Origin: Macrostomum lignano
Taxonomy: Eukaryota
Assembly (NCBI GenBank): GCA_002269645.1
Contig: NIVC01001654.1
Span: 124,001 to 188,000, forward strand
Length of the DNA: 64,000 nucleotides
Direction of reading: 5' to 3'
Shown: piece by piece, positions 41,020 to 53,083 of the stretch
Layout of the letters: the number at the start of each line of letters is the position of its first letter
How positions within the stretch are numbered: the first letter of the stretch is position 1
Program-made: the position numbers and the translations under genes
The notes under the pieces: model-generated
What the model was told of the DNA's origin: nothing
The model's database searches: none
What the model saw: the letters and a program-made list of their open reading frames with translations, nothing else

Positions 41020-42255
41020 GTGTCGGCGCGTCTTCAGAGGTGGGCTATCACGCTCTCTGGATACAGTTACACCATCACGGACAGAAGATCGGCCGAGATG
41101 AAGTCCGACGCACTATCGAGATTGGTTAAACCGACGAACACAGCGACCACTCACCATGTCGGACACGCCCCTGTCTGTGAAGGAACTCTGCTGAGTCTAC
41201 AGGAGTTAAGGTGTCACAGCCGGAAATGTCAAGAACTAACGAAACTAGTTGACGCTATCCAGACAGGACGTTTCCGTACAGATGAGGTCAGAGCGTACAA
41301 ACCTTTAGCTGGTGAACTTTCTACTCAGGACGGCTTAGTAATTCGAGGAAACAAGCTGGTTGTCCCCGTGACGCTGAGGAGTAGAGCGGTCTCTGCAGCA
41401 CACAGTGTGCACCTCGGCATTGCACGAACCAAGTCGTTGCTTCGGGAGAGCTACTGGTGGCCAGGCATGGACAAAATGGTGGAACTGCAGGTCGGGAGCT
41501 GCAGTGTTTGTAGAATGGCCAAGCTTCAGAACAGAAATTTCAGGATCTCGTGGCCCGAACCGGAAGGACCATGGACGAGAGTGCATATGGATTTCGCAGG
41601 ACCCATTGAAGGAAGTTATCTTCTGATACTGGTGGATGCTTACTCGGGCTATCCGGAGGTACACCTGACGAAAGACATGCTATCATCAACAGTTGTGAGT
41701 AGGCTGCGACGAACGTTCTCTCAACTAGGGGTACCAAATCAGCTGGTGTCAGACAACGGCCCGAGCTTCGTCAGTGATGAGACCCGTCAATGGCTGACAA
41801 AAGTCGGTGGCAACTTGATCACAACGCCGGCGTACCACCCTCAAAGTAATGGTTTGGCGGAACGTTTCGTGCGGACAATTAAGGAGGCCATCAAAGCAAA
41901 CGGACTCAGTCAAGCAGTTATCGATCGCTACCTGTTGTTCTATCGAGCATCTGGTGGGAAGAGCAGAGCATCACCCGCAGAACTGCTGTTCGGCAGAAAG
42001 ATCCGAGCACCACTGCTCTCCAATAGGCCAACCTGGGCACCCGGCGAGCATCTAATCTACAAAGCCGACCGACGGGCTCAAGAAGCTTCACTAGTTTGCC
42101 CAACGGGTTCAAACATGGCCACTATCAAGGTGGGGCCCGATCTGTACAAGAAGGCCCACCTGGATCAACTCCAGAGGCATAGTCCCATGCAAGTAGATAG
42201 TGAAGCAGCAGAGATCAACACCGAGGCTGACACAGACCAAGCTGCCGGGGCGTGA
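41020..42255 (+). CDS. Gypsy RNase H C-terminus and integrase, out of frame with the upstream ORF
   Basis: ARLQRW, HHCC zinc finger (HSVHLG..CSVC) and DDE core (MDFAGP, SDNG, AERFVRT). Confidence 0.92.
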   Translation: MSARLQRWAITLSGYSYTITDRRSAEMKSDALSRLVKPTNTATTHHVGHAPVCEGTLLSLQELRCHSRKCQELTKLVDAIQTGRFRTDEVRAYKPLAGELSTQDGLVIRGNKLVVPVTLRSRAVSAAHSVHLGIARTKSLLRESYWWPGMDKMVELQVGSCSVCRMAKLQNRNFRISWPEPEGPWTRVHMDFAGPIEGSYLLILVDAYSGYPEVHLTKDMLSSTVVSRLRRTFSQLGVPNQLVSDNGPSFVSDETRQWLTKVGGNLITTPAYHPQSNGLAERFVRTIKEAIKANGLSQAVIDRYLLFYRASGGKSRASPAELLFGRKIRAPLLSNRPTWAPGEHLIYKADRRAQEASLVCPTGSNMATIKVGPDLYKKAHLDQLQRHSPMQVDSEAAEINTEADTDQAAGA

Positions 42256-42790
42256 GCGTCGGACAGCAGTCAGAACGTCGGCAGAAGCTCCTGTGTCATT
42301 TTTGAAGACTTACAACCGCTACCACCACCCCCCGAGGACTCCGGAACACAGCCCTCACAGCAGCATCAACAGCTGCTGACGCCTGGTCGGCTGGAACTGA
42401 CGCCTGAGGAGTTGGGCCCCAGGAGAAGTCGCCGTCTGTGTGGGAAGTCCCGCGTCAACTACAAGGAGTGAACTTGCGAGTGCATCTGAACTGTTAGAGT
42501 GTGAAAGTTCATTTTGTAAAAGAAGGGAGGTGTTGCATACTAGCCTTAAGTATAAAGGCAGAGTTTTATTTATTATTATTGCTACGTACGAATAGCCATG
42601 TCGAGCCATAGACTCTAATGAAAAGCTATGGCTACAGGTCGTGAAGCAATCCAAGTCGATGAGCTTGGGGATAATAAAGCGGAAAAGATCAGAGCTGATC
42701 ATATTTAAGACGAGCCAGACTCGCATACCATCGCTACAATTATCGTGTGTGGCTTCTTCAAGGCATAACAGTTTGTTTGAGAAATGCATT

Positions 42791-45700
42791 TGTTAAAGAA
42801 ATAATCAAGTCTAATTGATCTGAGGGTTAGACTTTAACAAAAAAACAGGTAAATGAGCCCTGTGGCTAAATTATTGCTTATATATTAAATTAAATCGATG
42901 TTCTCTCTCTCCAACTCTCTGACTCAACAACGCCTCACGCACATCAACCCCACCCCAACACACTCTGAGACGGGGACCGCCAAGTGTACACTGGCGACGC
43001 TACACATAGCAGAGGGTCGGTACGCAGGCACTCCAAATCCAATACACTCCCCTAATGATGCTTCATCATTACAGTACTTAACATTGATATTCGAAAAAAG
43101 AAACTCGCTATTAACTTAAATGAAATTAAACGAAACGAATAGCAAAAAACAAACGAACAACAAAAAACGCTCCAACATTACAACAGACTTGATGACTAAA
43201 AATGTGACACACCATCACCAGAGTACTGAGTTAACGAAAAAGTAGGAACAAAGGGAAAACGAAACTAAAAAAAAACCAATCAGCGCTAAGGAGCTCAAAA
43301 GGTAAGATTGAAAGGGAGTGAAAATTACTGCGAACTAAAACTAAACAGAAACTCGAAACAACGATTAGAACAGTCATTGAAAGTCAGTTACTTAAGTTCA
43401 TTCGGTCACAGCTTCCAGCAAAATCAGGTTCTCCACCGGTCGGCGAATCAAGCATCTCCTGGGACCGCGGCCAGGTCTGGGCGCGACTCGAACCGTTGCA
43501 GATCTCACCGCCCCGTCTCGGCCAGGATGCACCGACTCGATGACACCGGTACACCAGGTAAGCCTCGGCTGCCCGGCCTCACCTTTCACCAGGACGATGT
43601 CGCCGGCCGTCGCTTCTCGAGTTACGCCATGCTTGGGACTTAGATTATGTTCTCGCAGGCTGGTCAGATACTGTCGCTCCCAGCAGTCCCAGAAGGCTTG
43701 CAGTCTGGCGCGCATTCGCCTCAGCAGTGTTGGCAATGGCAGCAGGAGCTCGGGCGTACCGCTAGAAGTTGGCTCCGCCGTCAGCCGTTGCAGGACCAGA
43801 AAGTGCGCCGGCGTCAGGACTTCTCCGTTGGTTTCGGCATCCACGTAGAGTAGAGGCCGACTGTTGAGCACCGCTTCCACCTCCATTAGCACTGTCCGCA
43901 GTTCGTCCAGCGTCAGGGTTGCGTTGAGGATGGTCTTGCGCAAAGCCAGCTTGATGTCCCTCATCAGTCGCTCCCAGAAGCCTCCTTGCCACGGTGCGCG
44001 TTCGACGATGAATTGCCAGGTGATTTTCCTGGTGGCGCAGAAGTCTTGAACTTGTCGACTCTCCGACGCCTGAAGTATTTTGGCAGCCTTGGTGAATGTC
44101 TTGGCGTTGTCACTGATGAGATTGGGAATTCCTCTCCGAGCACAGAACCGTCGGAGGGCTCGCAGGAAGGTCTCGGTCGTCAAGTCGCTCACCAGTTCCA
44201 GGTGAAGGGCTCGCGTGGCCGCACAGGTGAAAACCAGGATATAGCCTTTCTCGATCTCTGTGTCCTCCATCAGTTTGACAGGTCCGCAGTAGTCGAGTCC
44301 GCACCACTCAAAGGCTCTCCCAGACTTCACGCGTGCTTCAGGTAAGGCTGGGATTTGCTTCACTGCATATGGTAGTCCTTGAAGACGTCTGCAGACAAAG
44401 CAACTTCTCAGGATCGACTTGACTCGCTGTCTTCCTCTGATTAGCCAGAATCTCTCTCGCAGCTTACAAAGAGTGCTGGGCACTCCCCCGTGCAGAACCT
44501 TGGCGTGAGCGTCCCAGATGAGAAGAAGCTCCAGGTGTGACTTGCTCGGGATCAGAATCGGACAGTCAACCTCGGCAGAGGCGTTGGACTCCTTCAATCG
44601 ACCTTGGCTTCGGAGAATACTCTTGTTGTCGAGAAAAAGATTCAACTGCCTGCTGAGACTGTACTGGCCGCTGACTCCTGAATGTGAGCAATTTCGGCTT
44701 GAAAACTCCGTTTCTGCACTTCTCGCAGCCAGCGCTCTTCAGCTTCAAGGACTTCTGCTGCAGCCAGTGGTCCCACTCGCTCCTCCCCCGCTGCAGAAGT
44801 TCTAGCTTGCAGGTTTCTGACGAAGCGTAGGACATAGGCTGTCACCCGAATCAGCTTGATCCAGGATGAGAAGTTCGTGTCATTGAGAACTTCCTGTAGA
44901 CTGATGTCAGGACCGGCTTCAGTTAGCAGAACAACTGGACGGTTCGCTTGTGTCTTCTGCTCCTCGGCAACTGCCGCTGTCGGTAAGCTGAGAAAGGATT
45001 GGTCGGGCCAATCGTCAGGAGGTCGTGCCAGCCAGTCTGGACCGTGCCACCAGCTGTCGTCCGCCTTCAACTTGCTCGCTGATGTTCCTCGAGATGCAAC
45101 GTCCGCCGGATTCTCCTCGCCTGGGACATGTCTCCAGGCATCCTCTGGCACCAGGCGGCGGATCTCCGTCACCCGATTATGAACAAAGAGCTTCCAGGGT
45201 CTGTGCTGCCGGATCCAGTAGAGCGTGTCGGCACTGTCTGTCCAGCAAAACACCTGGCGAACCTGAGGATACTGACTCATGGATGATGTCAACAGTCTGG
45301 CGAGTATCAAGGCACCCAGGAGTTCGAGCCGAGGAATTGAAAGAATCGACAGTGGAGCCACTCTCGCCTTGGCGGCCACTAGGTTGCAGCTGACGGAACC
45401 ATCGGTGTACTGCACTCGCAGGTAAAGACACGCCGCATAGCATTTGATTGACGCATCACAGAACCCATGCAGCTGTATCTCCTCGACCTCCTTCGTCGCC
45501 GAAAGCACCAACCTTGGAACTTGAAATCGACCTGCCAGCATCTCCTGCAACCACTTCAGCCACTGCTGCTTAATCGGCTCCTTTAGCGGGCAGTCCCAAG
45601 CGATCTTTTCAACGCACAGCTTCTGGAACATCGATTTCGGCAACGTAAGCAGCGGAACCAGGAAGCCCAGAGGATCGTAGACACGGGCCAGCAGCTGTAG

Positions 45701-48700
45701 CACGACACGCTTGGAGGGCGACGCCTTGAGCAAATCTTCTGGCGGAGAAAACTGCAGCACGAACACGTCCGATCCTGTCTCCCATCGCAGCCCGAGGACT
45801 TTTGACGATACGCCATCTTCGCCCAAGGAGGCGGCTGAATAGCTGGAGGGGTCCTCCGTGATGTCCTTCGTCACCGCCGACAACGCCGGAGCAAGAACAT
45901 CACTGTCAAGTGTGCTGGCGCGAACCGCTTTCAATACATTCTTGCTGTTGGACTGCCAGTGTCGCAGATTCATTCCGGCCTGTTGGAATATGTGCCGTGA
46001 TTTTTGGATGAGATCCAGGGCCTGCTGTTCATCCACGCACCCAGAGATCAGGTTGTCCACATAGATTTCTTTGGACACCTTATCCACGAACTCTGCATGC
46101 TGGCCTCGGTGAGATGCCAAGTGGTGTTGAATGACAGTCTCCAGGACGGCAGGTGAGCAGGTGAGTCCGAACACCAGAGCAGCGTAGCGCAGAACAACGA
46201 GAGGTGAATCAGCTTGACTGGGATCCCGTGGCCAGAGGAATCGTAGAGCATCGCGGTCGTCTTCTGCAATTCGGATCTGCAAAAAAGCCTTCTCAATATC
46301 GGCAGTCAAGGCGATCGGATGAAGTCGAAATGCCTGAAGCAGTCGCGGAATCTCGGCCAACGAACAGGTTCCTGTTTCCAGACAGTCATTCAGCGATGGA
46401 CTGCACTGATCTCGCTTGGCACTCGCGTCGAAAACCACTCGAACTTTGGTCGATTCAGCTTCAGGACGGATTACGGCTCGGTGGGGTAGGTAGTGGATGA
46501 GATCGCTGGTCCCATCTGGAGCTTCTTCGACTACGCCAGCTTCCTTCTGACTGGTCAGAATGCGTGGTACTCCTGAAGTAGCGCAGGCTCACGACGCAGC
46601 CTCGTCAGATTGGTCTTTAGTCTCTTGAACGCTACCTCGAAGTTGTCGGGCAATCTTAATTCCTTTTTGGGAATCTTCCACGGCAGCTGAACTGAGTAGC
46701 GACCCTCTTGGAACTGGGCATTCAGAGTCAGTGGACGCTGATCAGGCTCGGCTGCACTTCTGATGCCGAGACCTTCTAAAGTCCAGAACGCCTCGATGGT
46801 GCTGCTGTCCAGACCTTTCTCCGCTCCTTGAGCACAGCAGAGAAGAACCTGCTCTGACCTGGTCTCTAGCTCACTTGCGGCGATCCCATATGACAGTGAC
46901 CCGCACAGCAACCAACCGAGCTGACTGGATACGGCAACTGGACCGGAGCCGACCTCTGAGCGAATCACTTGACCTGTGACGAGGTCGTAGAATTGGTCAG
47001 CTCCGATGAGGATACTGATCTCGGGATTCTGTTCACCACCGATGTCCCAGTCTGCCATGTCGAGGTGTTGAAAGTGCTTCATGCACAAGCTGCTGACAAC
47101 TGGCTGATGAGAGCAGATGTAAGGCACTGTGTTGGCGCGCACTGTGAACTGGGCGGTGCTGTCAGATTTCCGAAGCTTGAACTCGACCATCGCAGTCTGC
47201 AGCACCTTGGCCTCTGTGCCACCGAATGTTGTCACCTCCATCGTCTCTCTGCCCATGACCTGGAGCCCCATCTTCTCAGCCAAGCTGGTCAAGATGAACG
47301 AACGGTTGCTTGCAGAGTCAAAGAGAATTCGCACCGGAGTCTCCTGATTGTTAACAGTCGAAATCAGTACAGCTCCCGCTGTTGGAAGGATCACTGTTTG
47401 AGCTTTTGTCACCATAGCCATGGTCTTCACTTCTTGACTCTTCACATTCTGTGCAGCAGCCTGCTCGGACTTCTTCCGGTCTTCTCCCACCTTTCCAAGT
47501 GTGGAGCCGGGTGCCTTCGGTCCATCCTTACCCTGCAGCTTCTCCATGCGTGCGCTACAGAGACTTGGGTGATGCTTCATCTGGCAGAATTCACATTGCT
47601 TCTTGTGGTAGCAGGTCTTGACGCTGTGTCCCTTGCAGAGACAGCTGAAGCAACGCCTCTGCTCCTTCAAAAACTGGAGTCGTGCCGCAACGTCTACCAG
47701 GCGAGTGCACTTCTCTGGAGCATGTTCAGTTTCGCAGAAGGGACAAGCCGTGCTGACCTTTTTGACCTTCGTGTGAAGCGCAGCCACTGTGCCGCCATCC
47801 CTTGTCTGTTTCTCACCAGCAGTCTTGGACGCTCCATTGGAACCGGACGTCTGCCCTGCAGCTCCAACGGCCGCCTCCTCCCGGACTAAAATCTCCATTT
47901 CCAAGACCTGAAGAAACTCCGTCACAGAATCTAAGCCATTGCCATCCCTCATCTGCGACAAGCTGCTACCAAAGGAATAACCGACGGAAGCAATCCGAGC
48001 AGTTCTCAGCATCCCGAGACGAACGACTTCCGGCAGCTTCGCCAGCAAGTTGGGCAGCAACATGGACTCGTAAGATTCGACACTCACCCCGAGATTCGTC
48101 AGACTGCGGACATTTCCATTGACTTGGTCGTAGAAATTCCTCAGGTGCTGTGCCGACGAACTGGAGCAGGTCAGCACCGAGAACTTTGCCAGGTGCTCGC
48201 GCACGGCTCCGTTGCGGGATCCAAATCGTCGTTGCAGGTTGTCGATGGCGATATGTAGTTGTCCTTCGTGATGTTGAGACCAGCGATCGAGTTTCGGGCT
48301 TCCCCAGACAGACACGACTGCAGGTAGCTGAATTTGTCGACGACACTCAGGCTCGGGTTGTCATGGATACTGGAGTTGAAGCGGTCCCAGAATTCCGTCC
48401 ATTGGGTCCGATCGCCACTGAATGACGGTGGCGGCAGTTTTGGCAACCTGATGGCAGTCTGAGTCCTTGTCGTTGAAGAATTCTCTTTCGAAGACTTGGA
48501 CGAAGTCGTCGTCTGTATGGCTGTATTCTGCAGCAGATTTGTTGCCTGCGGCGTGCCGGTCCGCGCGGTCTGAAGCTCCTGGAGCCGTCTGGTGAGGTTC
48601 GAGATCAATTTGCCAGCCAGCAGGTCGTACTCCATTGTCGTCTCTGCTTCAGCCTGCACGTCCTTCTCGTCAACCTCCGCGGCGAGCTCTTCATCTGCTG

Positions 48701-49183
48701 CTTGGAGCTGCTGCTTCTTGAACCGTAGAGCCTCTAGAACGCTGTCGATTTCATCTTCAGCAGCATCTGTTTTGAGCAGGTCTTCGGCTTTCTGTGCCAG
48801 TCTGGTGACCGTCGCTCGTAACACGCCTCTCTTCCTGGAGTCCATGCTGTTGTTGAAAAATCGCTGAGTCACTGTAGCACTCTTGCGCTCACTGCTTGAT
48901 TTTACTGTGATTTTGGTTCGGGCGCCATGTTAAAGAAATAATCAAGTCTAATTGATCTGAGGGTTAGACTTTAACAAAAAAACAGGTAAATGAGCCCTGT
49001 GGCTAAATTATTGCTTATATATTAAATTAAATCGATGTTCTCTCTCTCCAACTCTCTGACTCAACAACGCCTCACGCACATCAACCCCACCCCAACACAC
49101 TCTGAGACGGGGACCGCCAAGTGTACACTGGCGACGCTACACATAGCAGAGGGTCGGTACGCAGGCACTCCAAATCCAATACA
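42791..49183 (-). mobile_element. BEL/Pao LTR retrotransposon, full length 6393 bp
   Basis: 256-bp LTRs at 42791-43046 and 48928-49183 appear identical; perfect 5-bp TSD GCATT (42786-90, 49184-88). PBS TGGCGCCCGAAC matches the tRNA-Lys(UUU) 3' end; PPT AGGGGAG abuts the 3' LTR. Confidence 0.98.
43398..48872 (-). CDS. BEL/Pao gag-PR-RT-RNase H-IN polyprotein, split by three apparent 1-bp deletions (~48255, ~46560, ~44650)
   Basis: Gag LPKL..FSGDRTQWTEFWDRF (DUF1759-like), Cys/His knuckles, protease LFDSAS, RT ADIEKAFLQI and YVDN, Pao RNase H FCDAS, PRLEL and WTDS, integrase GLDYCGP, SDNAK and FWERL. Confidence 0.93.
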
Positions 49184-49214
49184 GCATTACTTTATGTTTC
49201 TTCTAAAAAATTAC

Positions 49215-49880
49215 TCACTTATCTCTCTCATCTTATCTCACCCGGTTTCTCGTGCGTTATCATCTCATCAGACCTGGTTTCTCGAGTGTTTTCATCTCAT
49301 CTCACCTGGTTTCTTGCGTGTTCTCATCTCTTCTCACCCGGTTTCTCGCGTGTTCTCATCTCATCTCACCCGGTTTCTCGCGTGTTCTCATCTCATTTCA
49401 CCCGGTTTCTCGTGTGTTCTCATCTCATCTCACCCGGTTTCTCGTGTGTTCTCATCTCATCTCACCGGTTTCTCGTTTGTTCTCATCTCTTCTCACCCGG
49501 TTTCTCGTGTGTTCTCATCTCATCTCAACCGGTTTCTCGCGCGTTCTCATCTCATCTCACCCGGTTTCTCGCGCGTTCTCATCTCATCTCACCCGGTTTC
49601 TCGCGCGTTCTCATCTCATCTCACCTGGTTTCACGTTTGTTCTCATCTCATCTCACCCGGTTTCTCGCGCGTTCTCATCTCATCTCACCTGGTTTCACGT
49701 TTGTTCTCATCTCATCTCACCCGGTTTCTCGTGCGTTCTCATCTCTTCTCTCCCGGATTCTCGTGTGTTCTCATCTCATCTCACCGGTTTCTCGCGTGTT
49801 CTCATCTCATCTCATCCGGATTCTCGTGTGTTCTCATCTCATCTCACCCGGTTTCTCGTGTGTTCTCATCTCATCTCAAT
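49215..49880. repeat. 32-bp minisatellite (CTCATCTCATCTCACCCGGTTTCTCGCGTGTT)
   Basis: Direct inspection. Confidence 0.95.
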
Positions 49881-50439
49881 TTTTTTTCAGGTGTTCACAT
49901 CGCTCATGTCCCATCTCATTACCCTTATTGGCATGTTGCCAATTACCGACCATCAACGTTTGCTTTCGGCTCGCAGTTTTGTAGACTTAGAAAACAACTC
50001 GCATAATAATGAAGTGTAGTCTAGTTGTTAATATTTCCATAACATTACTTGAGAACTTAGGCTCGTGTATTTCATATGGTTTCAGATTTAAAAAAAATAA
50101 CAGTCTAAAAGTTTATTACTGTATCCTTGTCACGGAAAGCAGTAACCAGGCAGCTTAATTTCTGGGTGATTGTAAGGTCCTTGTCTGCACTTATTCCTGC
50201 AGCACTGAGAGTCAGTGAAGCATTCCATGTACGATGGACGGCAGTTTAGAGTTGTGGTGGTGGCAGTTAGTATGCCTGCGGTTCAAGGTAATACAGGTGA
50301 TTTGCAGAATCAACTTGGGACTGGGGTGTTTGAGTCGTGATTTAGGCTCGTGATTACATTGGGTAAAATAGTTCCGAATTTAGTGAGCCTTTCGCCGCGT
50401 TCGTGTGCCTGCAAGTACTACTAAATGTGTCTAAGAGAC

Positions 50440-50835
50440 AGGGGTAGGGGTGTCGGTCTAGGAGGCAGGGGTAGGGGCGTCGGTCTAGGAGACGAGTAGG
50501 GGCGTCGGTCTAGGAGACAGGGGTAGAGGCGTCGGTCTAGGAGGCAGAGGTAGGGGCGTCGGTCTAGGAGGCAGGGGTAGGGGCGTCGGTCTAGGAGGCA
50601 GGGGTAGGGGCGTCGGTCTAGGAGACAGGGGTAGGGGCGTCGGTCTAGGAGACAGGGGTAGGGGCGTCGGTCTAGGAGAGGGTAGGGGCGTCGGTCTAGG
50701 AGAGGGTAGGGGCGTCGGTCTAGGAGACGAGTAGGGGCGTCGGTCTAGAAGACAGGGGTAGGGCCGTCGGTCTAGGAGAAAGGGGTAGGGCTGTCGGTCT
50801 AGGAGACAGGGGTAGGGGCGTCGTTCTAAGAGACA
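50440..50835. repeat. 27-bp G-rich minisatellite (GGGGTAGGGGCGTCGGTCTAGGAGACA)
   Basis: Direct inspection; two G4 runs per unit. Confidence 0.95.
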
Positions 50836-51575
50836 GGGCGCAACCCACCAACAAAAGACAGGGGCGCCTAGAGCAGAACGTTCAGAGATATTTAAGAACG
50901 GAGCTTTTCTTTCTGTCCCGTAACTACTTAGCCATGAGTAGGCGAGAGCGTTAAATATACCTGAATGTTTGAATATGACTTACATGTACTAACAATAAGC
51001 AGGAGTACGGTCCATGAGCGTGCAATCGGTTTTGGCTGGCTGGTCATGTTTATAATAAGGTATATTTTTATTAATGCATTTAATTAAATGTCTTTTATTT
51101 CGTGGTAACAGTCTTGAAAAAGCTGCTTAACGTCTTACTCGGAAGCGCTGAATTAAAAGCATTTGTCTATGGAAAACTTTTGCTAATTTTATTTACCATA
51201 GAAAAGAAGGGACTGGAAACTCGGCTTTAGTGAGTTAAGAAGAAGTCTGGGGCTGTCTGATTTCAATTTAAGACGAACACGTATATTTATCATTGTCGGC
51301 TGATTTCCCATGCAAGAATGGCATTCTTGCACTCTTTTGCGTGCAGGAATGGATGTCTATGGTAAAATCTCACTGAAAAAGCATTAGGCGCAGAAATGCA
51401 TTCCTGCACGGTTTTGTGCATTCCTGCACGATGAATCACCCGACAATGGAATTCCTTCACGGTCACTCGTGCGTGAAGGACATCGTGCACTCGTGCGCTA
51501 GCGCGCACTCGTGCAGATGTCATTCCCGCACTCGTGACCGTGCAGGAATATATCAGTGTTTCTTACTAAACAGTA

Positions 51576-52281
51576 CGAGGGGTGTCCGAAAAGTAGTGTT
51601 TACTTTTACTTGTTGCGCACGTTTGGTCAGCTGCATATTGACATAAATTTGGTGTCGTTTGAAATTTTAACCCATCAATCGTCAAATGGACGTGCAAAGA
51701 CTGGGAAGCGACATTCCATCTTTACACTTTGGAGCTCCAGGTGCAAAGCAGCTGATATTCACAGGCAACTCTGCACTGCGCATGGCGACCATTCCATCAG
51801 CAAGATGACGGTGAACAGGTGGGTGAACGAGTTCAAAGGTGGAAGAACTGACGTGAGCAACATGCCAGGGTCAGGACACCATGAGATCCGTGACAGCAGT
51901 AGCCTAATGGATCGCATTCTCGACTTGATCAATAAAGACTGCCACCAAAGCATCCGCGAAATAGCCGATAGACCAGATTGCTCGAAGTCCACAGTTTACA
52001 ACAGTCCACAGTCTGTAGAAGATGAGTCATGTCAAGCTGAGTTCCCATTGCGTTCCCTGATGGCTCATTGAGGACATGAAGCTGGATCGTCTGTACATAA
52101 GACTTGTGTCTGAGGTTCTTTAAGTCTATGACCGATCTTCTACTTAAGTGCACATATCTCTTAAAATATAAATCCAAATGGATCGCAGTTTAAGTCATTT
52201 TAAAAAACAGACTTGCCGCTTTCAAACGACACCAAACTTGTGTTTGCTACAAGTAAAAGTAACACTACTTTCCGGACATCC
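51576..52281 (+). mobile_element. Internally deleted mariner element (~0.7 kb)
   Basis: The TA|CGAGGGGTGTCCGAAAAGTAGTGTTTACTTTTACTTG left TIR matches the inverted copy at 52246-52281, whose tip is lost. The ORF encodes the mariner N-terminal HTH (AADIHRQL..ISKMTVNRWVNEFKGGRTDV..SIREIA); the DD34D catalytic domain is absent. Confidence 0.88.
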
Positions 52282-53083
52282 GGAAAATCCAAGAATTTGT
52301 CAATAAATCTAACGATGGACGCATTAACGAACAAGGAAACAAAAGAACGAGATTGAACCCAAAAAACCAGAGAACAAGAGTTACATATAAGAACGTTTCT
52401 GCAACTTATATGGTGCATCCGGCACTGCATTCAGAAGCCGATTGAGGTCTTCTATCTTGAGTTGCAGTCTCACTTTTGATAACCAATCTGCATCTAGAAT
52501 TACTTCAGTTTCGATCCGCGCTACCAATGTAGTAGACATGTACAGGAACTTTTTATCATCATTCTAATCACCCTGTACATCTTCCCATCCCCAAGCAGTG
52601 CAGTGATGGAGTATTTTTCTCAGTCTGTTACTATGAAGAAAGTTCTTGGGATGACGTTTTTTATACGTTCTCAGGCTTTATTTGCTCATTAAAAAAGACT
52701 TGAGATTCTTTTCTATATACCTGCTAGATTCAGAAGTAACGAAGCGAGGCAATGAAGTCTGCTGTTTTACTTCTCCTTTCTTTTCCGGCACCAAACATGC
52801 CAGTTTAATTGTAGTTAAGCTCCTTTTCTTGCCTCTCAAAATCAAGTCGCGGCGACGAAGTCTGCCTTCTCCAGAGCCTAGCTTGGTTCGCTGGAACCAG
52901 TATTTCTAAGAAACAGCTTAATTGCGTTATTTTCAACTCAAAGTAAAAAACACATATTTTTACCAAAAAACTTTGAAAACTTCCTTTCACAAAACTGTTT
53001 TTTTTTCCAGTGTAAGCCGGCTTCAAGTAAAAGTCGAGGTTCAAGTTTAAAGTTATAAAGTTCTCCAGAATCCGCTGGGAACA

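Larger units (their letters stand above)
38296..42770 (+). mobile_element. Ty3/Gypsy LTR retrotransposon (Mag-like), 4475 bp, with an RNase H core deletion
   Basis: 240-bp LTRs at 38296-38535 and 42531-42770 (TGTT..AACA, one mismatch). PBS-like TGGCGTTGCAAGC at 38537; PPT AAAAGAAGGGAGG at 42518-42530; flanks ATTTG and GTTTG. Domain order gag-PR-RT-RH-IN. Confidence 0.97.

Noticed and set aside
43054-43397. env-like gene in the BEL 3' region
   Set aside because: Only about 340 bp of low-complexity sequence with no suitable ORF.
44640-48260. Programmed ribosomal frameshifts in the BEL polyprotein
   Set aside because: No slippery heptamers at the breaks, the breaks fall mid-domain, and each is explained by loss of one base of a doublet.
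49035-50019. Three overlapping 255-323 aa ORFs
   Set aside because: They start in the antisense LTR and run through the 32-bp minisatellite; repetitive translation only.
51339-51550. Cluster of inverted CGTGCAGGAATG and CATTCCTGCACG motifs
   Set aside because: Probably a transposon subterminal remnant, but no TIR pair or TSD could be defined, so it is not called.
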